A DNA stretch of 30,945 nucleotides from a virus (taxonomy: Duplodnaviria > Heunggongvirae > Uroviricota > Caudoviricetes): IMG/VR virus record IMGVR_UViG_2802429246_000009; one strand, 5' to 3'. Shown piece by piece: positions 1 through 10,327 of the stretch. Each line of letters opens with the position of its first letter. The first letter of the stretch is position 1. The notes beneath the pieces are model-generated. The model was not told the DNA's origin, ran no database searches, and was given only the letters and a program-made list of their open reading frames with translations. A program made the translations under genes and the position numbers.

Positions 1-219
1 TCACATCCACATAATTTGCTGTCCTGATGGTAACGGGTGCGGCCTTACGGCGTGGACTTCTCCCGGCTTCACGATGTATCGCTGTACCGACTCATAGGTG
101 ATGAACGTGGCGCTGCAATTCACGTTCTGACACTGGTGATAACGCTCTTTTGTCGTGTCAGTGATATAGCGGCTTGTACGCGCATGTGCGGCATGCTGGC
201 ATAAAGGACAATGAAACAT
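1..219 (-). CDS. ogr: Ogr late-gene transcriptional activator (C4 zinc finger)
   Basis: 72-aa product from internal ATG at 219 (MFHCPLCQHAAHARTSRYITDTTKERYHQCQNVNCSATF...) with CxxC...CxxxxC zinc-finger spacing; matches my recollection of P2 Ogr. GAGGTG RBS about 6 nt upstream. The upstream extension to 282 in the ORF track is probably not translated. Confidence 0.9.
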   Translation of the reverse strand: MFHCPLCQHAAHARTSRYITDTTKERYHQCQNVNCSATFITYESVQRYIVKPGEVHAVRPHPLPSGQQIMWM

Positions 220-300
220 CGCGAGCACCTCTTCCGGTTTTGTTGACGGTGCCATTTTAGTTAATTTATCCTTATAAAACAAACAGATAAATAAAACACA

Positions 301-1464
301 TCACTCATCACCTTCTGTTTCGTACTCCACATCAGAAAGCCTGACCTCAAGCTCTAAGGACGTCGTGAAGCCGCTATTATTCAGAAAATGTGTCACCTTA
401 GTGATTGTCCAGTCCTGCTCGTCTATGACGCGCTTAAAGCCTGACACTTTGACCGGCGTTTCCGTGTAAATATCTGCCCGACCGGTAGCCAGACTGATGG
501 AGAACTCCGCAACGCCCCGTTGCAGCTTATCCCACTTCGCCTGAGCGGCGCGCATGGCCTGCGCTTTCGTGGCATATACCGTGGTCAGGGCAAAAACGTT
601 GTCAGCCTCACCAGCCATGTATTCACCTTCGCGCGCTTCCGGTACTTTTGGCGCTTTCTTCTGCGTGACTGGTTTCGCTTTCGGGTGCTCCAGTGCGCGC
701 AGGTGTTTCTCTTTCTTTTTGCGTTTCAGTTTTACCTTCTGCTTTTGTGGCTTCGGGTCTTTGGTGTGTAACCACTTTGCCGTTACGCCGGTATAGGCTC
801 CACGGTCAGCAATCGCAAAATGATGGCGGTCGCCGTCGCTGCGGGTTATGGTGACCTGCGGGATTTTTTTACCGCTGGCCGTCACCCCCTGCCCCGCTTT
901 GAGAAACAACAGTTTTCCCATTTTTACCGACACCTCACCGCCGTTGCGTTCAGCAAGACGGGTCAGGAATTTCGCATCTGACTCCTGCGACTGGTCAATG
1001 TGCGGGATTTTAATTCCGGCCAGTGGCGGAGCGACACTGGCTTCCAGCCTGTTACGGGAGGCTATCGCTTCAACAATCGCACCGAGCGTGGTGTCATGCC
1101 AGGAGCCTTCACGGCGGGAATTGAGCGTCCCGCGAAAATCTGCACTCCGGGCGCGGATGGTGACCACATCCGGCGCGCCCCGGTGTTCAACCTCATCAAC
1201 GGTAAATTTCCCTTTGCACACCAGGGCAAAACCTTTCCAGCCGATATACACCGTCAGGACAGCGCCACGAACCGGCAGCCCGACCTGCCCGTCGGCATCG
1301 TTCAGTTCAATATCAAGCTGGTCAGCCTCAAAGCCCCGGTTATCCGTCAGGGTCATGCTCATCAGACGGTCGCTGATATTGCCGGTAATATCCCTGCTGT
1401 CGAGCATCAGCATGTAATCCGGCGTCAGCGTACTGCCTGCATCAAATGTCAGCGCATCCAGCAT
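301..1464 (-). CDS. D: tail protein gpD
   Basis: 387 aa, same length and position as P2 gpD (last gene of the FI-D late operon, just upstream of ogr); lysine-rich central linker. Confidence 0.88.
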   Translation of the reverse strand: MLDALTFDAGSTLTPDYMLMLDSRDITGNISDRLMSMTLTDNRGFEADQLDIELNDADGQVGLPVRGAVLTVYIGWKGFALVCKGKFTVDEVEHRGAPDVVTIRARSADFRGTLNSRREGSWHDTTLGAIVEAIASRNRLEASVAPPLAGIKIPHIDQSQESDAKFLTRLAERNGGEVSVKMGKLLFLKAGQGVTASGKKIPQVTITRSDGDRHHFAIADRGAYTGVTAKWLHTKDPKPQKQKVKLKRKKKEKHLRALEHPKAKPVTQKKAPKVPEAREGEYMAGEADNVFALTTVYATKAQAMRAAQAKWDKLQRGVAEFSISLATGRADIYTETPVKVSGFKRVIDEQDWTITKVTHFLNNSGFTTSLELEVRLSDVEYETEGDE

Positions 1465-1943
1465 TATCCCGCCCCCGTCATACCCGTGAATTTAGTCGCC
1501 ATACTGCCAGCCTTACCGATGAGCGATTCCGCCTGTTTACCGATATCGCCATAAAGCGCGGCCAGTGATTCATCAACGCGGGTGAGCGACAGCGTAAAAT
1601 CAATTTTCCGGGGTGTGCCGTCTGCAAAGAAAATACTCCCTGTTTCACTCACCCTGCTGATGACATACATGCCGTAAATCATGCCGGTGCCATCCAGCAA
1701 CGGCCACGCCCGGCCTTCCTCTGCCATCAGCCTGAGCGTGGTCATCGTCAGCTTTCCGCCGGTCAGTTCGGGATAAAGCACACCGGCAAGCGTGATGTTT
1801 TCCTCGCCAACACCGAGAAACTGAAAGGCATCCCGTTTACCGATACGGGAATTTGACGGCCAGCGATAATCTGATTCACGCTGCATGGTCTGGTGTGGCA
1901 GCGTCTGGCGCATAAAAACAAACATACCTAACGCGAGCATCAT
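1464..1943 (-). CDS. U: tail protein gpU
   Basis: 159 aa, position between T and D; start overlaps the D stop. Confidence 0.88.
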   Translation of the reverse strand: MMLALGMFVFMRQTLPHQTMQRESDYRWPSNSRIGKRDAFQFLGVGEENITLAGVLYPELTGGKLTMTTLRLMAEEGRAWPLLDGTGMIYGMYVISRVSETGSIFFADGTPRKIDFTLSLTRVDESLAALYGDIGKQAESLIGKAGSMATKFTGMTGAG

Positions 1944-1957
1944 TTTTCGTCACCTCC

Positions 1958-4405
1958 TTAACCGTCATGCATCATGCTGGCACGGGCGCGCGCACGTTTA
2001 TCCCGCTCGTATTTTTCGAGCGCATCCTGTAACTGGCGGTCAAGCTGTGTCCCCGGCGCAGTACCACCCGTCAGGCTGATGTGATATTCGTTTTTACTCT
2101 GGTCTACATAAGAGCGGCCAGCCGGTGCCGTGACCGGCTGATAAGCCTGATAACCTGCATAAGAGCTGGTCGCCGGAATATAACCACCGCTGCCATACGT
2201 GGCGGCTTGAGTTCTGGCGGCGGTCTGGTCAAGTGTGTCTGACTCTTTGTTGATAACACCGAGTTTTTCCAGTACCCAGTCAATACCACTGCGCAGTTTG
2301 TTGAACGCATTAAGCGGCAGCATCAGCGCGTCAGCCAGTGCCTGCCCGAACATGACGCCCGTGTCACGGCAACGGTTCAGGGTGTCCTGGGTGGCTTTGA
2401 CCGGGGCAATCAGGTTTTTAAACCACTGCCACGCGGCCTGTAACTTTTCACCCAGCCAGTCAAACACCGGTTTAAGTGGCGTGAACAGTTCCCCCACTGG
2501 CGCAAATGCCGCTTTCAGCCCTTCCACCACACCGCCAAAGAATGCGCTGACAGGCTCCCAGTATTTACGGATAAGCAACGCCCCGGCGACAATGGCGGCC
2601 ACCACGGCCACAACCGGCCAGCTAATCGCCCCGATGGCGGTCATAACAGCACTGCCAACCGTCGTGAAGATTGCCCCCATTGCGCCTGCTGCCGCGATGA
2701 TGGCATTGATGCCGGTGATAACCGGCCAGGCTACAAGACCAATGGCACCGATGATGCCAATAAGCGCCAGCGCGCCACCGACAATGAGGCCGATGGTTGA
2801 CGCCAGTGATTTGTTTTTCTGGATCCAGCCGTCGAGTTTTAACACATACTTCGTGGCCGTCTGAGTGAGCTTACGCAGTGCGCCTTCCTGCTGGTCAAAC
2901 AGGTCAGTCCCCACCGCCTCATAAGCGGACTGAAACTCCTTAAAGTCACCGCCGAGGTTATCCTGCATGATATTTACCAGCTCTGCGGTCTTCCCGTCTG
3001 AGGCTTTCAGCGTAGCGGTCAGCGTATCCAGTTTTCCGCTTGCTGCCGCTGCCAGTAAAACGTTCGCTGATTTCAGGGCTTCCTCACCAAAAATGGTTTT
3101 AAGGTATTCCCCCTTCTGAGACGTTCCCAGCTTGTGTTTATCAAAGCTGACCTGAATCTCTTTCAGAATGGTGAACAACGGACGCATATTTCCCTTTTTG
3201 TCCGAGGTTTTAACGCCAAGCTCTTTTAGTGCTTCCCATGCTTTCCCTGTCGGAGCCTGTAATCGGGTGACAACGGCACTACTCCCCGTACCCGCCATTG
3301 ACCCCCTGATGTTATTGTCATGCAGCACACCTGTCATGGCCGCTGCCTGCTCAAGACTTACACCTGCCGTCCTCGCAACCGGACCGAGGTAAGTCAGTGC
3401 ATCACTGAGTCCCTGAAAATCAGCCGCCGACTTATTCATCGTTGCCGACAACACGTCGCCCACATGGCTGACATCATCATTTGACAGTTGAAAGGATGCC
3501 TTAGTCCCCAGCAACAGTTGCGCGTTTTCTTCCATCGACCGCTGATTCGCCAGTGCCATATTCAGCGTGACCGGCGTTGCCGCCTGAATAGCCGCAGCAT
3601 CTCCACCCGCTTTCGCAATGATAATCTGCGCACCGGCCGCATCATCCGCCGAGGCGGCTGTGTTGTCGCCGAGCTGGCGCGCCTGTTTGCGTAGCGCGGC
3701 CATTTCGGCGGAATCTTTTGCCACACCGAGCACGGCCTGCAATTCTGAGTTTTTCTGCGCAAACTCATAACCGGGCATCAGCAGCTTAACTCCGGCCATC
3801 GTTCCCGCCGCCGCAATCCCCACACCAGAAGCGCCCACCGAGGCCATATTTCCGGCCAGTTCCTTTCCGGCCTGATAACGCTGTTTTACTGCATTAAGTT
3901 TTGCCTGTTGTGCACTGACACGCGCCAGCGCGTCACGCTGCCGGTTAAGCTGTGCGGTGGTTTCACTGATACGGTTTTTCAGCCCTCGTTCATCATGCGC
4001 CAGATTACGGGTATTAATACCCGCCTGACTCAATTCCTGACGCTGGCGCTGTACCGACAATCTCAGGCTGTTATATTTCGCCTGTAACTCAGACGCATTT
4101 TTACGCGCGGCTTCCATTGCCTTTGCCTGTGCATTTGTCGGTCGTTCAGTATTTTTAAACTGGACAGCCAGAGCTGCGGCTTCCTGTCTGGCTTTTTTCA
4201 GTTCCTGACCAGTCACGGCGAGCTGTGCGCTGGTCTTGCGAAATCCCTCAATACGGGATGCCTGACCGTTCAGCTCGCGCAGTGATTTTTGTGTTTCCCG
4301 GATATCCCCCGACAGCGACTTGCTCGCTGTGCGGATGGATTTAAACGGGCGGGATGCCTGGTCAACAGCCCTGAGCAATACCTGTAATTTTACATTGTTA
4401 CTCAT
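1958..4405 (-). CDS. T: tail tape measure protein gpT
   Basis: 815 aa; Ala/Gly-rich hydrophobic central segment and coiled-coil-like N-terminal region typical of tape measure proteins; position after E/E'. Confidence 0.9.
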   Translation of the reverse strand: MSNNVKLQVLLRAVDQASRPFKSIRTASKSLSGDIRETQKSLRELNGQASRIEGFRKTSAQLAVTGQELKKARQEAAALAVQFKNTERPTNAQAKAMEAARKNASELQAKYNSLRLSVQRQRQELSQAGINTRNLAHDERGLKNRISETTAQLNRQRDALARVSAQQAKLNAVKQRYQAGKELAGNMASVGASGVGIAAAGTMAGVKLLMPGYEFAQKNSELQAVLGVAKDSAEMAALRKQARQLGDNTAASADDAAGAQIIIAKAGGDAAAIQAATPVTLNMALANQRSMEENAQLLLGTKASFQLSNDDVSHVGDVLSATMNKSAADFQGLSDALTYLGPVARTAGVSLEQAAAMTGVLHDNNIRGSMAGTGSSAVVTRLQAPTGKAWEALKELGVKTSDKKGNMRPLFTILKEIQVSFDKHKLGTSQKGEYLKTIFGEEALKSANVLLAAAASGKLDTLTATLKASDGKTAELVNIMQDNLGGDFKEFQSAYEAVGTDLFDQQEGALRKLTQTATKYVLKLDGWIQKNKSLASTIGLIVGGALALIGIIGAIGLVAWPVITGINAIIAAAGAMGAIFTTVGSAVMTAIGAISWPVVAVVAAIVAGALLIRKYWEPVSAFFGGVVEGLKAAFAPVGELFTPLKPVFDWLGEKLQAAWQWFKNLIAPVKATQDTLNRCRDTGVMFGQALADALMLPLNAFNKLRSGIDWVLEKLGVINKESDTLDQTAARTQAATYGSGGYIPATSSYAGYQAYQPVTAPAGRSYVDQSKNEYHISLTGGTAPGTQLDRQLQDALEKYERDKRARARASMMHDG

Positions 4406-4825
4406 TCGTGTTTCCGCTTCGCCGGAGCGCCTTTTCGCGCCATGTGATGAGTTCGGTCAGGCTCATGGGATACAGTTCTGATGGCGGCCAGTGAAATATC
4501 ACTGCCACATCCGCCATCAGGTCATCGACCGAGAGATTTTTCGGGAACGTCACTGCACCGAGTTCGGCGACAAAAAACCGACCACCTTACCGGCCAGCGC
4601 CACAAGGTCAGGCAGTTCCAGCGCGGCAACTTCCTGCTCGGTCAGCATCGGTGCCGTCATGCGCGGCAGCACCTTAATCAGTGCATCGACTTCGGAGTTC
4701 GCGACCGCAGCCAGACTGACACCGCGCAGCGTCCCGGCATTGGGTTTCATCAGCGTGACCTGTTCGATGACCTGCTCACCACGCTTGACCGGATTGTCCA
4801 GGGTAATCACATTTTCTTTGTTCAT
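4398..4825 (-). CDS. E': tail assembly chaperone gpE+E' (programmed -1 frameshift product)
   Basis: Hand translation of the -1 frame after the T-TTT-TTG slip site gives an open extension ...VAELGAVTFPKNLSVDDLMADVAVIFHWPPSELYPMSLTELITWAEKALRRSGNTNE ending at TAA 4398..4400 and overlapping the T start, as expected for P2 E+E'. Confidence 0.7.
4550..4825 (-). CDS. E: tail assembly chaperone gpE
   Basis: 91 aa ORF between FII and T; ends ...GKVVGFLSPNSVQ; contains the slippery site near its 3' end. Confidence 0.85.
   Translation of the reverse strand: MNKENVITLDNPVKRGEQVIEQVTLMKPNAGTLRGVSLAAVANSEVDALIKVLPRMTAPMLTEQEVAALELPDLVALAGKVVGFLSPNSVQ
4571..4577 (-). other. -1 ribosomal frameshift slippery heptamer TTTTTTG (E to E')
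   Basis: Minus-strand sequence GGT TTT TTG TCG (plus-strand caaaaaa at 4571..4577) near the 3' end of E; same heptamer class as the known P2 E/E' site. Confidence 0.65.
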
Positions 4826-4882
4826 GGTTTTCTCACTTCTGAATCGGGGGTTAACCGGTCAGCCTGGCTGACCGGATGAAAA

Positions 4883-5401
4883 TCACAGGCCGATATTGCG
4901 GCGGTGTTGCTCCAGACGGTCGACGCCGTTCACCTTCTCAATCATGTTGATGGTGTCGATTTCGACCAGCTCCTTACCGTCCATCGTCAACTTGAAATAA
5001 GTACAAATCACCGGGAGTTTCGATTCGGTATCCTCTCCCTGTTTACCCTCTCCGGTGTCGACTTCTTTCTGACGCCCACGCATGACCACTTCGACGGCCA
5101 CCGTTTCGCCGGTATCGTCGCGCTGGTAAGAACCAGCAAAACGAATCGGTACGGCATCAACACTGGTTGCAGCGTAAAGTTCCCAGATAACCGAATCCGG
5201 GAACCCCCCGAGCGACCACTCCATTGACAGCGCATCGTCATCAAGGCCGAGGTCTACCGGTGCGCTGCCGTTCATCCCCGCACCGCGATAATTTTCGAGC
5301 TTACGGGTCAGTTTTGGCAGCGTGACGGACGTTGCAACGCCCTGATAGCTGTAGCCGTTCAGAAAGACATTCATGTATTTGAGTTTGCGCGGCATTGCCA
5401 T
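4883..5401 (-). CDS. FII: tail tube protein gpFII
   Basis: 172 aa, directly downstream of the sheath gene; same length as P2 FII. Confidence 0.88.
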   Translation of the reverse strand: MAMPRKLKYMNVFLNGYSYQGVATSVTLPKLTRKLENYRGAGMNGSAPVDLGLDDDALSMEWSLGGFPDSVIWELYAATSVDAVPIRFAGSYQRDDTGETVAVEVVMRGRQKEVDTGEGKQGEDTESKLPVICTYFKLTMDGKELVEIDTINMIEKVNGVDRLEQHRRNIGL

Positions 5402-5413
5402 CGGTCAGGCTCC

Positions 5414-6604
5414 TTAATTGCTGTTAACCGAGGTGACCAGATTTGCCAGGTATTTATCAGTAATACGCTGGCGCAGGGTCAGGTTTTCAAGAGGAGGCAC
5501 CGGGGTATAGTCGTAGTCGATATACAGTTTTCCGGCCTTGAGGGTTTCCGCATCGTTGGATTCTTCGCTGAACCAGCAGGTCGCATCCACGATATAGCCG
5601 TTTGTTTTCAGCTCACGGAATTTGGCATTGATGCCGTCAACGATGTCGCGAATCAGCGTTGCGGTGATGGGTTTGTCCACCGCCCACATGTGCGCCTCAG
5701 CCATCGTGTCGGCCAACACCTGCGCGGTGCGGGTGTAGTTTTCAAAGAGGAACAGCGGGTCATCAGAGCAGGTACGGTTACCCCAGAAGCGGAAACCGTC
5801 ACGGCGAATCAGCGTAGTGACGCCTGACTCGTTAAGCAGGTCAGCATCGGTGCCGGACTCCTGCAAATCCCAGAATACAGATGCGCTGATGCCGGTAACA
5901 CCGTTCACCCCGACATTGGACAGCGTTTTATGCCAGCCCTGCTCCTGGTCGATTTTAGCGCGCAGGCCCAGTGCACGGGCGGTGGCATACGCGGTGGCGG
6001 TGGTACTGGTGACCGTATCCCATGCGAGGAAATCCGGCCAGATGACCATCAGCTCACGCTGACTGAAATTCTGGCGATAGGCTTTCACCTCGGAAATGGT
6101 CTTACAGCCCCATGCGCTGATATATCCGAAAGCGCGCAGCTTCTGACAGACTGATGCCAGTGCAACAGCCACCTCTTTGGTATCCAGCCCCGGCACACCA
6201 AGAATACGCGGTTTAACACCGGTTACCGACTCCGCCGCCAGCAGGGCTTTCAGTCCGGTGTACTGACCGTTTTCGTCAGTGGTGCCGATGATATTGGAAA
6301 CGGTCTGCGCGAGTTTCGTTTCCTCGTCGTCGCCGGTGCCGTCTTCCACACGTACGACAACGGTGACCGGTTTTGACTGGTCGGAGATGGCCTGCAACGA
6401 TGCCGCCAGCGTGCCTTTTTTACCGGCCTTTGCAATTGCGCTCTGCACATTGGTAATCAGTACCGGTTTATTGAGGGGGAAGGTTTCGACATCCGCATCG
6501 CTGGCCGTACAGACCATGCCGACAATGGCGGTGGATACGGTGGAAATGACGCGGGTGCCGTCGTTAATCTCCAGCACCTGCACACCGTGATGATAATCAC
6601 TCAT
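5414..6604 (-). CDS. FI: contractile tail sheath protein gpFI
   Basis: 396 aa, first gene of the F operon; same length and position as P2 FI. Confidence 0.9.
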   Translation of the reverse strand: MSDYHHGVQVLEINDGTRVISTVSTAIVGMVCTASDADVETFPLNKPVLITNVQSAIAKAGKKGTLAASLQAISDQSKPVTVVVRVEDGTGDDEETKLAQTVSNIIGTTDENGQYTGLKALLAAESVTGVKPRILGVPGLDTKEVAVALASVCQKLRAFGYISAWGCKTISEVKAYRQNFSQRELMVIWPDFLAWDTVTSTTATAYATARALGLRAKIDQEQGWHKTLSNVGVNGVTGISASVFWDLQESGTDADLLNESGVTTLIRRDGFRFWGNRTCSDDPLFLFENYTRTAQVLADTMAEAHMWAVDKPITATLIRDIVDGINAKFRELKTNGYIVDATCWFSEESNDAETLKAGKLYIDYDYTPVPPLENLTLRQRITDKYLANLVTSVNSN

Positions 6605-6708
6605 CCGTTTAACTCCGTGGTTAATGGGTGAGTGGTATTTTCAGTTGTACAGGGCGTGAGACGCTATTTGTCCTGACTGGTCAGGGGATGAAACAACAGA
6701 TAAAGAAA

Positions 6709-6729
6709 AGGCGGGCAATCCGCCCGCCT
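6709..6729 (-). terminator. putative rho-independent terminator downstream of G (end of V-G operon)
   Basis: Inverted repeat aggcggg / cccgcct with a 7-nt loop, followed on the minus strand by TTTTCTTTAT; sits 5 nt after the G stop. Confidence 0.5.
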
Positions 6730-6733
6730 GTAT

Positions 6734-7264
6734 TTATTGTGGTAGTTCCGGCCATTCAGGATTTGCAGGATCCACACGACTGACCAGAACGCTGTAGCGT
6801 TCCCATGCCTCCAGTCGGCTGCGCTCCTCATCTGTTGCCATATTCAGCCTGACCGCACGCTCCAGCGGCTGAATCAATGCCTCAGCTTCTGCAAGCAAGG
6901 TTGACTTTCGGACTTCGGCTTGCTGCTGCCGTTCTGCATCCGTATATACACGTTTAATTACAGTGTCATCTTTGAACATCCAGTTACCTGAAATATCAGC
7001 GCGACGGTTGGCGGTTATATTCGGTAACTCAACAACACTCAAGCCATCAGGGTTGAGCATTGACACATCTTTCTCAATGCAACGAATAATACCGTTCTCG
7101 TCGTAGGCCATTTTTAAAGTGTCTGGCTGGAAATTCTTTTGTTCCTCATACCAGTTTTTACCATCATCTGACCATAGCCAGACAATATTAAATCGTTTGG
7201 TTAATTCATATTGTTCAATAGTTTTTGGATTCCCTGCCTTAATATTTTTTAAATGCATCATCAT
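6734..7264 (-). CDS. G: tail fibre assembly protein gpG
   Basis: 176 aa immediately downstream of the tail fibre gene; start overlaps the H stop. Confidence 0.85.
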   Translation of the reverse strand: MMMHLKNIKAGNPKTIEQYELTKRFNIVWLWSDDGKNWYEEQKNFQPDTLKMAYDENGIIRCIEKDVSMLNPDGLSVVELPNITANRRADISGNWMFKDDTVIKRVYTDAERQQQAEVRKSTLLAEAEALIQPLERAVRLNMATDEERSRLEAWERYSVLVSRVDPANPEWPELPQ

Positions 7265-9786
7265 TAAATACTCCCTGCGTTATACCATGTGCCATTAATA
7301 CAATACTGAACAGGTCTTGCCTGCGCGATATCAATTAATTCATCAGTATTACTATTGACAACACCAGTAAGAACATGCCCTGACCTGTCATGCCAGCCAG
7401 TACCATTCCACGTTGGAAGGGATGACAAACCACCTAAGCGAATACCTGTAATAAAACGTGAATTACATTCCGCCTTGGTATAAGCGCCAATATCACCTGG
7501 CGATGGTTTATGAGCTGTCGTATAAATTTGCGCCCATCCAGACCATTGAGCATCATCTGTATCCCGCCTTGAACGGATATATGCTGGCGCGTAACCTCCA
7601 CTGGTGCCGCTCCAGCCGATAAGTAATTCACCTTCTCCAACTGCGGACACCCCCGTAAGATGAAGCACATTGCCATAGGTGTAAGGGTAGCCATTGTTAT
7701 ATGCCTCATACATCTGAATACCAGGCGTCCCCTTTGCACTCCCGCTTAATGCTGTGACGCGATTCCGGGATACCAGCGTATTAATATTTATATCGCCGGT
7801 GCCATCAAATTTGACACCATTAATATTTCGTGCCGTTTTCAGCTTTGTAGCTGTAGCAGCATTGCCGGACAGTTCGCCTGAAAGACCGGCGCTGAAGGTT
7901 TGTTTCGCCGCCCATGTCTGAGCTTCGTCGATAATTGGCACACGTCTTGTCGTGATCGTGCGGCTTCCCGGATTTCCTGAAATACGCACCATAAAAAAGC
8001 GGTAGTTCGCTTTACTTACAGTGCTGCGCCACACATGCATTGAGCGCCCCGTACCGGAATCATCACTCGGACCGACTGAGATGTTTATCAGGTTGCCATC
8101 AATGACGCCCCAGTCCATACCGTCGGGAATATTGGCCATGTTATCAAGCCGAACGGTTATCAGACTACCCGGCACAAAGTCGTAGGTCTGCCAGTCCAGA
8201 CTGGATAATTTTGCCACTGCGCCACCGATGCCCAGATTCAGAGGCAACGAAAAGGAGTTATATACTTCTCGCCATTCGGTCCATTTGCTCCCGGCGTAGA
8301 CGCGCTCAAAAGTGCGCCCCTGTGTGGTTTCTGATTTCCCTGTGGTTGTGTAACGCTGCCAGACAGACACACCATCAAAACGTCTGATTACTTCCAGTAT
8401 CCCAAGTAGTGTCGCGCCAACGGTGTCCAGCATCGGACCGTTTGTTGCCTTTCCTGTAACACTGTAAATACCGGGGTCGGTTAGAACATTTAAATCACCT
8501 TCGTAATAACGACTCTCTGACTGATGACCGACTCTTAACCACGGTTCCCACTGCGGATTTGATGCATCCCAGCTTGCCGCAAGGCAGCGGACATACATAT
8601 TTCCACGGCGAGTGGTATAACGTTGCGTTCTTCCATAATTCCCGCCTTCGAGGATCTCAAGCATCCCCTGAGCAAAGCCGCCTTCCTCTGGATAATTGCG
8701 TTCATAGGAAGCTATAGCCGAGCTACTGTTACGCCATAAACCAAGATGTTCGGCGGCTCCAAGCGTATTCAGGTCTATAGTCGTACTCAAAGGGCGGGTA
8801 GCTGATTGAGTGTGACGCCATACGCCCCACGGACCATCAGTGCCATTCCACTTATTGGCGAGTTTACGCATGTATACATTGCCGTCTCTTGTGGTAAAGC
8901 GTTGCGTGCCTGCAAAATTGCCGGCAGCAAAAACCTCAAGCACACCGACAGCATTATCTTCCGGGAAATTTTTCTCCAGTGTTGCGTTAGTTGAAGTAGC
9001 TTTAGACCAGATCCCCAGATAAGCCTTAACGGGACCAAATGTATTCAGATCAGCATCAACCGGCATTTCGCCGTTGTTTTTCATAAACGTCAGGCTGGTA
9101 ACGCCAACATTGTCCAGAAAAGCTGATTTATCCTGGATATCTGCACCATTCTGATTTTTCGCCAGACGTGAATTTGCGTTGTCATTTGCTGCCTTGACCG
9201 CTTTTGGCGTTGCCGCCAGCTTTTCACTGGTGCTGTTTGTTGCACTGCTTAACTGAGTAAAGCCTTTTTCCGTCAGCGTGGCGTCAGGATGGCGGCGGGA
9301 CTGCTCATGCTCTGCGATTTTGTCATCGACGTAATCCTGCGTCGCCATCACTGTGCTGGCATCAATACTCAGCTCAACGGACGCCACGTTGCTGAGAATA
9401 ATAACCATGCGGCAGGTCTGCGCACGTCCGGAGCCTTCAGCCAGTTCTGGCTTATAGCTTTCTGCCATGTTGGATACCGCAATCAGTGTTCCGGCATCGT
9501 CATACAGACCAAGCTCACGCATCCAGAAGCCGCCCACTTCGGGCGGTACAACCAGTTCAGCCACGATATAGTTTTTATTCTTGTTATCCACGCTGACTTT
9601 ATTCAGAGCGTGACGCCAGACCTCATGCACCAGTTTCGTCTGACCGGCATCCGGCACCGGTAATTTGCCATTACCGTCACCCACGGCCATTGCAGACAGG
9701 TTTACTTTTTTCCCGCCGGGGACAGTGGCGGCTGCCAGCTTCGCGGCTCCGGCAGTAGTGATAACGGTTTTAAATTTCGTGCTCAT
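7264..9786 (-). CDS. H: tail fibre protein gpH (extended, repeat-containing C-terminal region)
   Basis: 840 aa; N-terminus [40 protein letters not shown]... matches my recollection of P2 H; longer than P2 H (about 669 aa as I recall), with three tandem internal repeats. Confidence 0.85.
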   Translation of the reverse strand: MSTKFKTVITTAGAAKLAAATVPGGKKVNLSAMAVGDGNGKLPVPDAGQTKLVHEVWRHALNKVSVDNKNKNYIVAELVVPPEVGGFWMRELGLYDDAGTLIAVSNMAESYKPELAEGSGRAQTCRMVIILSNVASVELSIDASTVMATQDYVDDKIAEHEQSRRHPDATLTEKGFTQLSSATNSTSEKLAATPKAVKAANDNANSRLAKNQNGADIQDKSAFLDNVGVTSLTFMKNNGEMPVDADLNTFGPVKAYLGIWSKATSTNATLEKNFPEDNAVGVLEVFAAGNFAGTQRFTTRDGNVYMRKLANKWNGTDGPWGVWRHTQSATRPLSTTIDLNTLGAAEHLGLWRNSSSAIASYERNYPEEGGFAQGMLEILEGGNYGRTQRYTTRRGNMYVRCLAASWDASNPQWEPWLRVGHQSESRYYEGDLNVLTDPGIYSVTGKATNGPMLDTVGATLLGILEVIRRFDGVSVWQRYTTTGKSETTQGRTFERVYAGSKWTEWREVYNSFSLPLNLGIGGAVAKLSSLDWQTYDFVPGSLITVRLDNMANIPDGMDWGVIDGNLINISVGPSDDSGTGRSMHVWRSTVSKANYRFFMVRISGNPGSRTITTRRVPIIDEAQTWAAKQTFSAGLSGELSGNAATATKLKTARNINGVKFDGTGDININTLVSRNRVTALSGSAKGTPGIQMYEAYNNGYPYTYGNVLHLTGVSAVGEGELLIGWSGTSGGYAPAYIRSRRDTDDAQWSGWAQIYTTAHKPSPGDIGAYTKAECNSRFITGIRLGGLSSLPTWNGTGWHDRSGHVLTGVVNSNTDELIDIAQARPVQYCINGTWYNAGSI

Positions 9787-9796
9787 TGTTTCTCAC

Positions 9797-10327
9797 TTAT
9801 CCGGGATAAACAGTAATAACATCACCATCACAGACCACACCGCCTGTATACAGATAGCCGGGAATGTCCTGGATAATGTTCAGGCCGATAAGGTGACGAC
9901 TTGCGGGTTTGGCATCAGCAATCAGCCGTTCCATTTCCAGATACATCTCCTCCGTGATGCCGCTTTCCAGCACACCGATATCAAGGCGAAAGGTTCCGGG
10001 CGGGTCGTTTGTCTCCCACCATTCCTTTACGTTAATGAGATAGCCGAGCGGCTCCACCACGCGTCGGATTGCGCCGATAGTGCCTTTATGACAGTGGATG
10101 AAATAGGCATCGCGGATAACGGCGCGTTTTGTTGCTTCCGGCCACTTTTCATCCCACCTGTCGACCGAAAACGCCCACGCCAGCCACGGCAGCAGATTTG
10201 CCGGACAGGTATCCGGGTTCCACAGCTCACGAATACTGACCGGCGTTTTTTCAATTTCCGCACAGGCTTTTGCAGCGGCGACCTCAAGTGGTGATGAGCC
10301 GGTCGGCAGCAGTCGCGAATCACTCAT
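9797..10327 (-). CDS. I: baseplate assembly protein gpI
   Basis: 176 aa, between J and H as in P2. Confidence 0.88.
   Translation of the reverse strand: MSDSRLLPTGSSPLEVAAAKACAEIEKTPVSIRELWNPDTCPANLLPWLAWAFSVDRWDEKWPEATKRAVIRDAYFIHCHKGTIGAIRRVVEPLGYLINVKEWWETNDPPGTFRLDIGVLESGITEEMYLEMERLIADAKPASRHLIGLNIIQDIPGYLYTGGVVCDGDVITVYPG

Noticed and set aside
520-1554. Plus-strand ORFs (520..771, 554..796, 848..1417, 1000..1554) inside gene D
   Set aside because: Antisense to a well-supported structural gene; translations are Arg/Ser/Cys-rich low-complexity typical of wrong-frame reading of GC-rich coding DNA; no RBS context.
2235-2864. 209-aa plus-strand ORF inside the tape measure gene T
   Set aside because: Antisense to T; low-complexity Ser/Ala/Thr-rich translation; the tape measure frame is far better supported.
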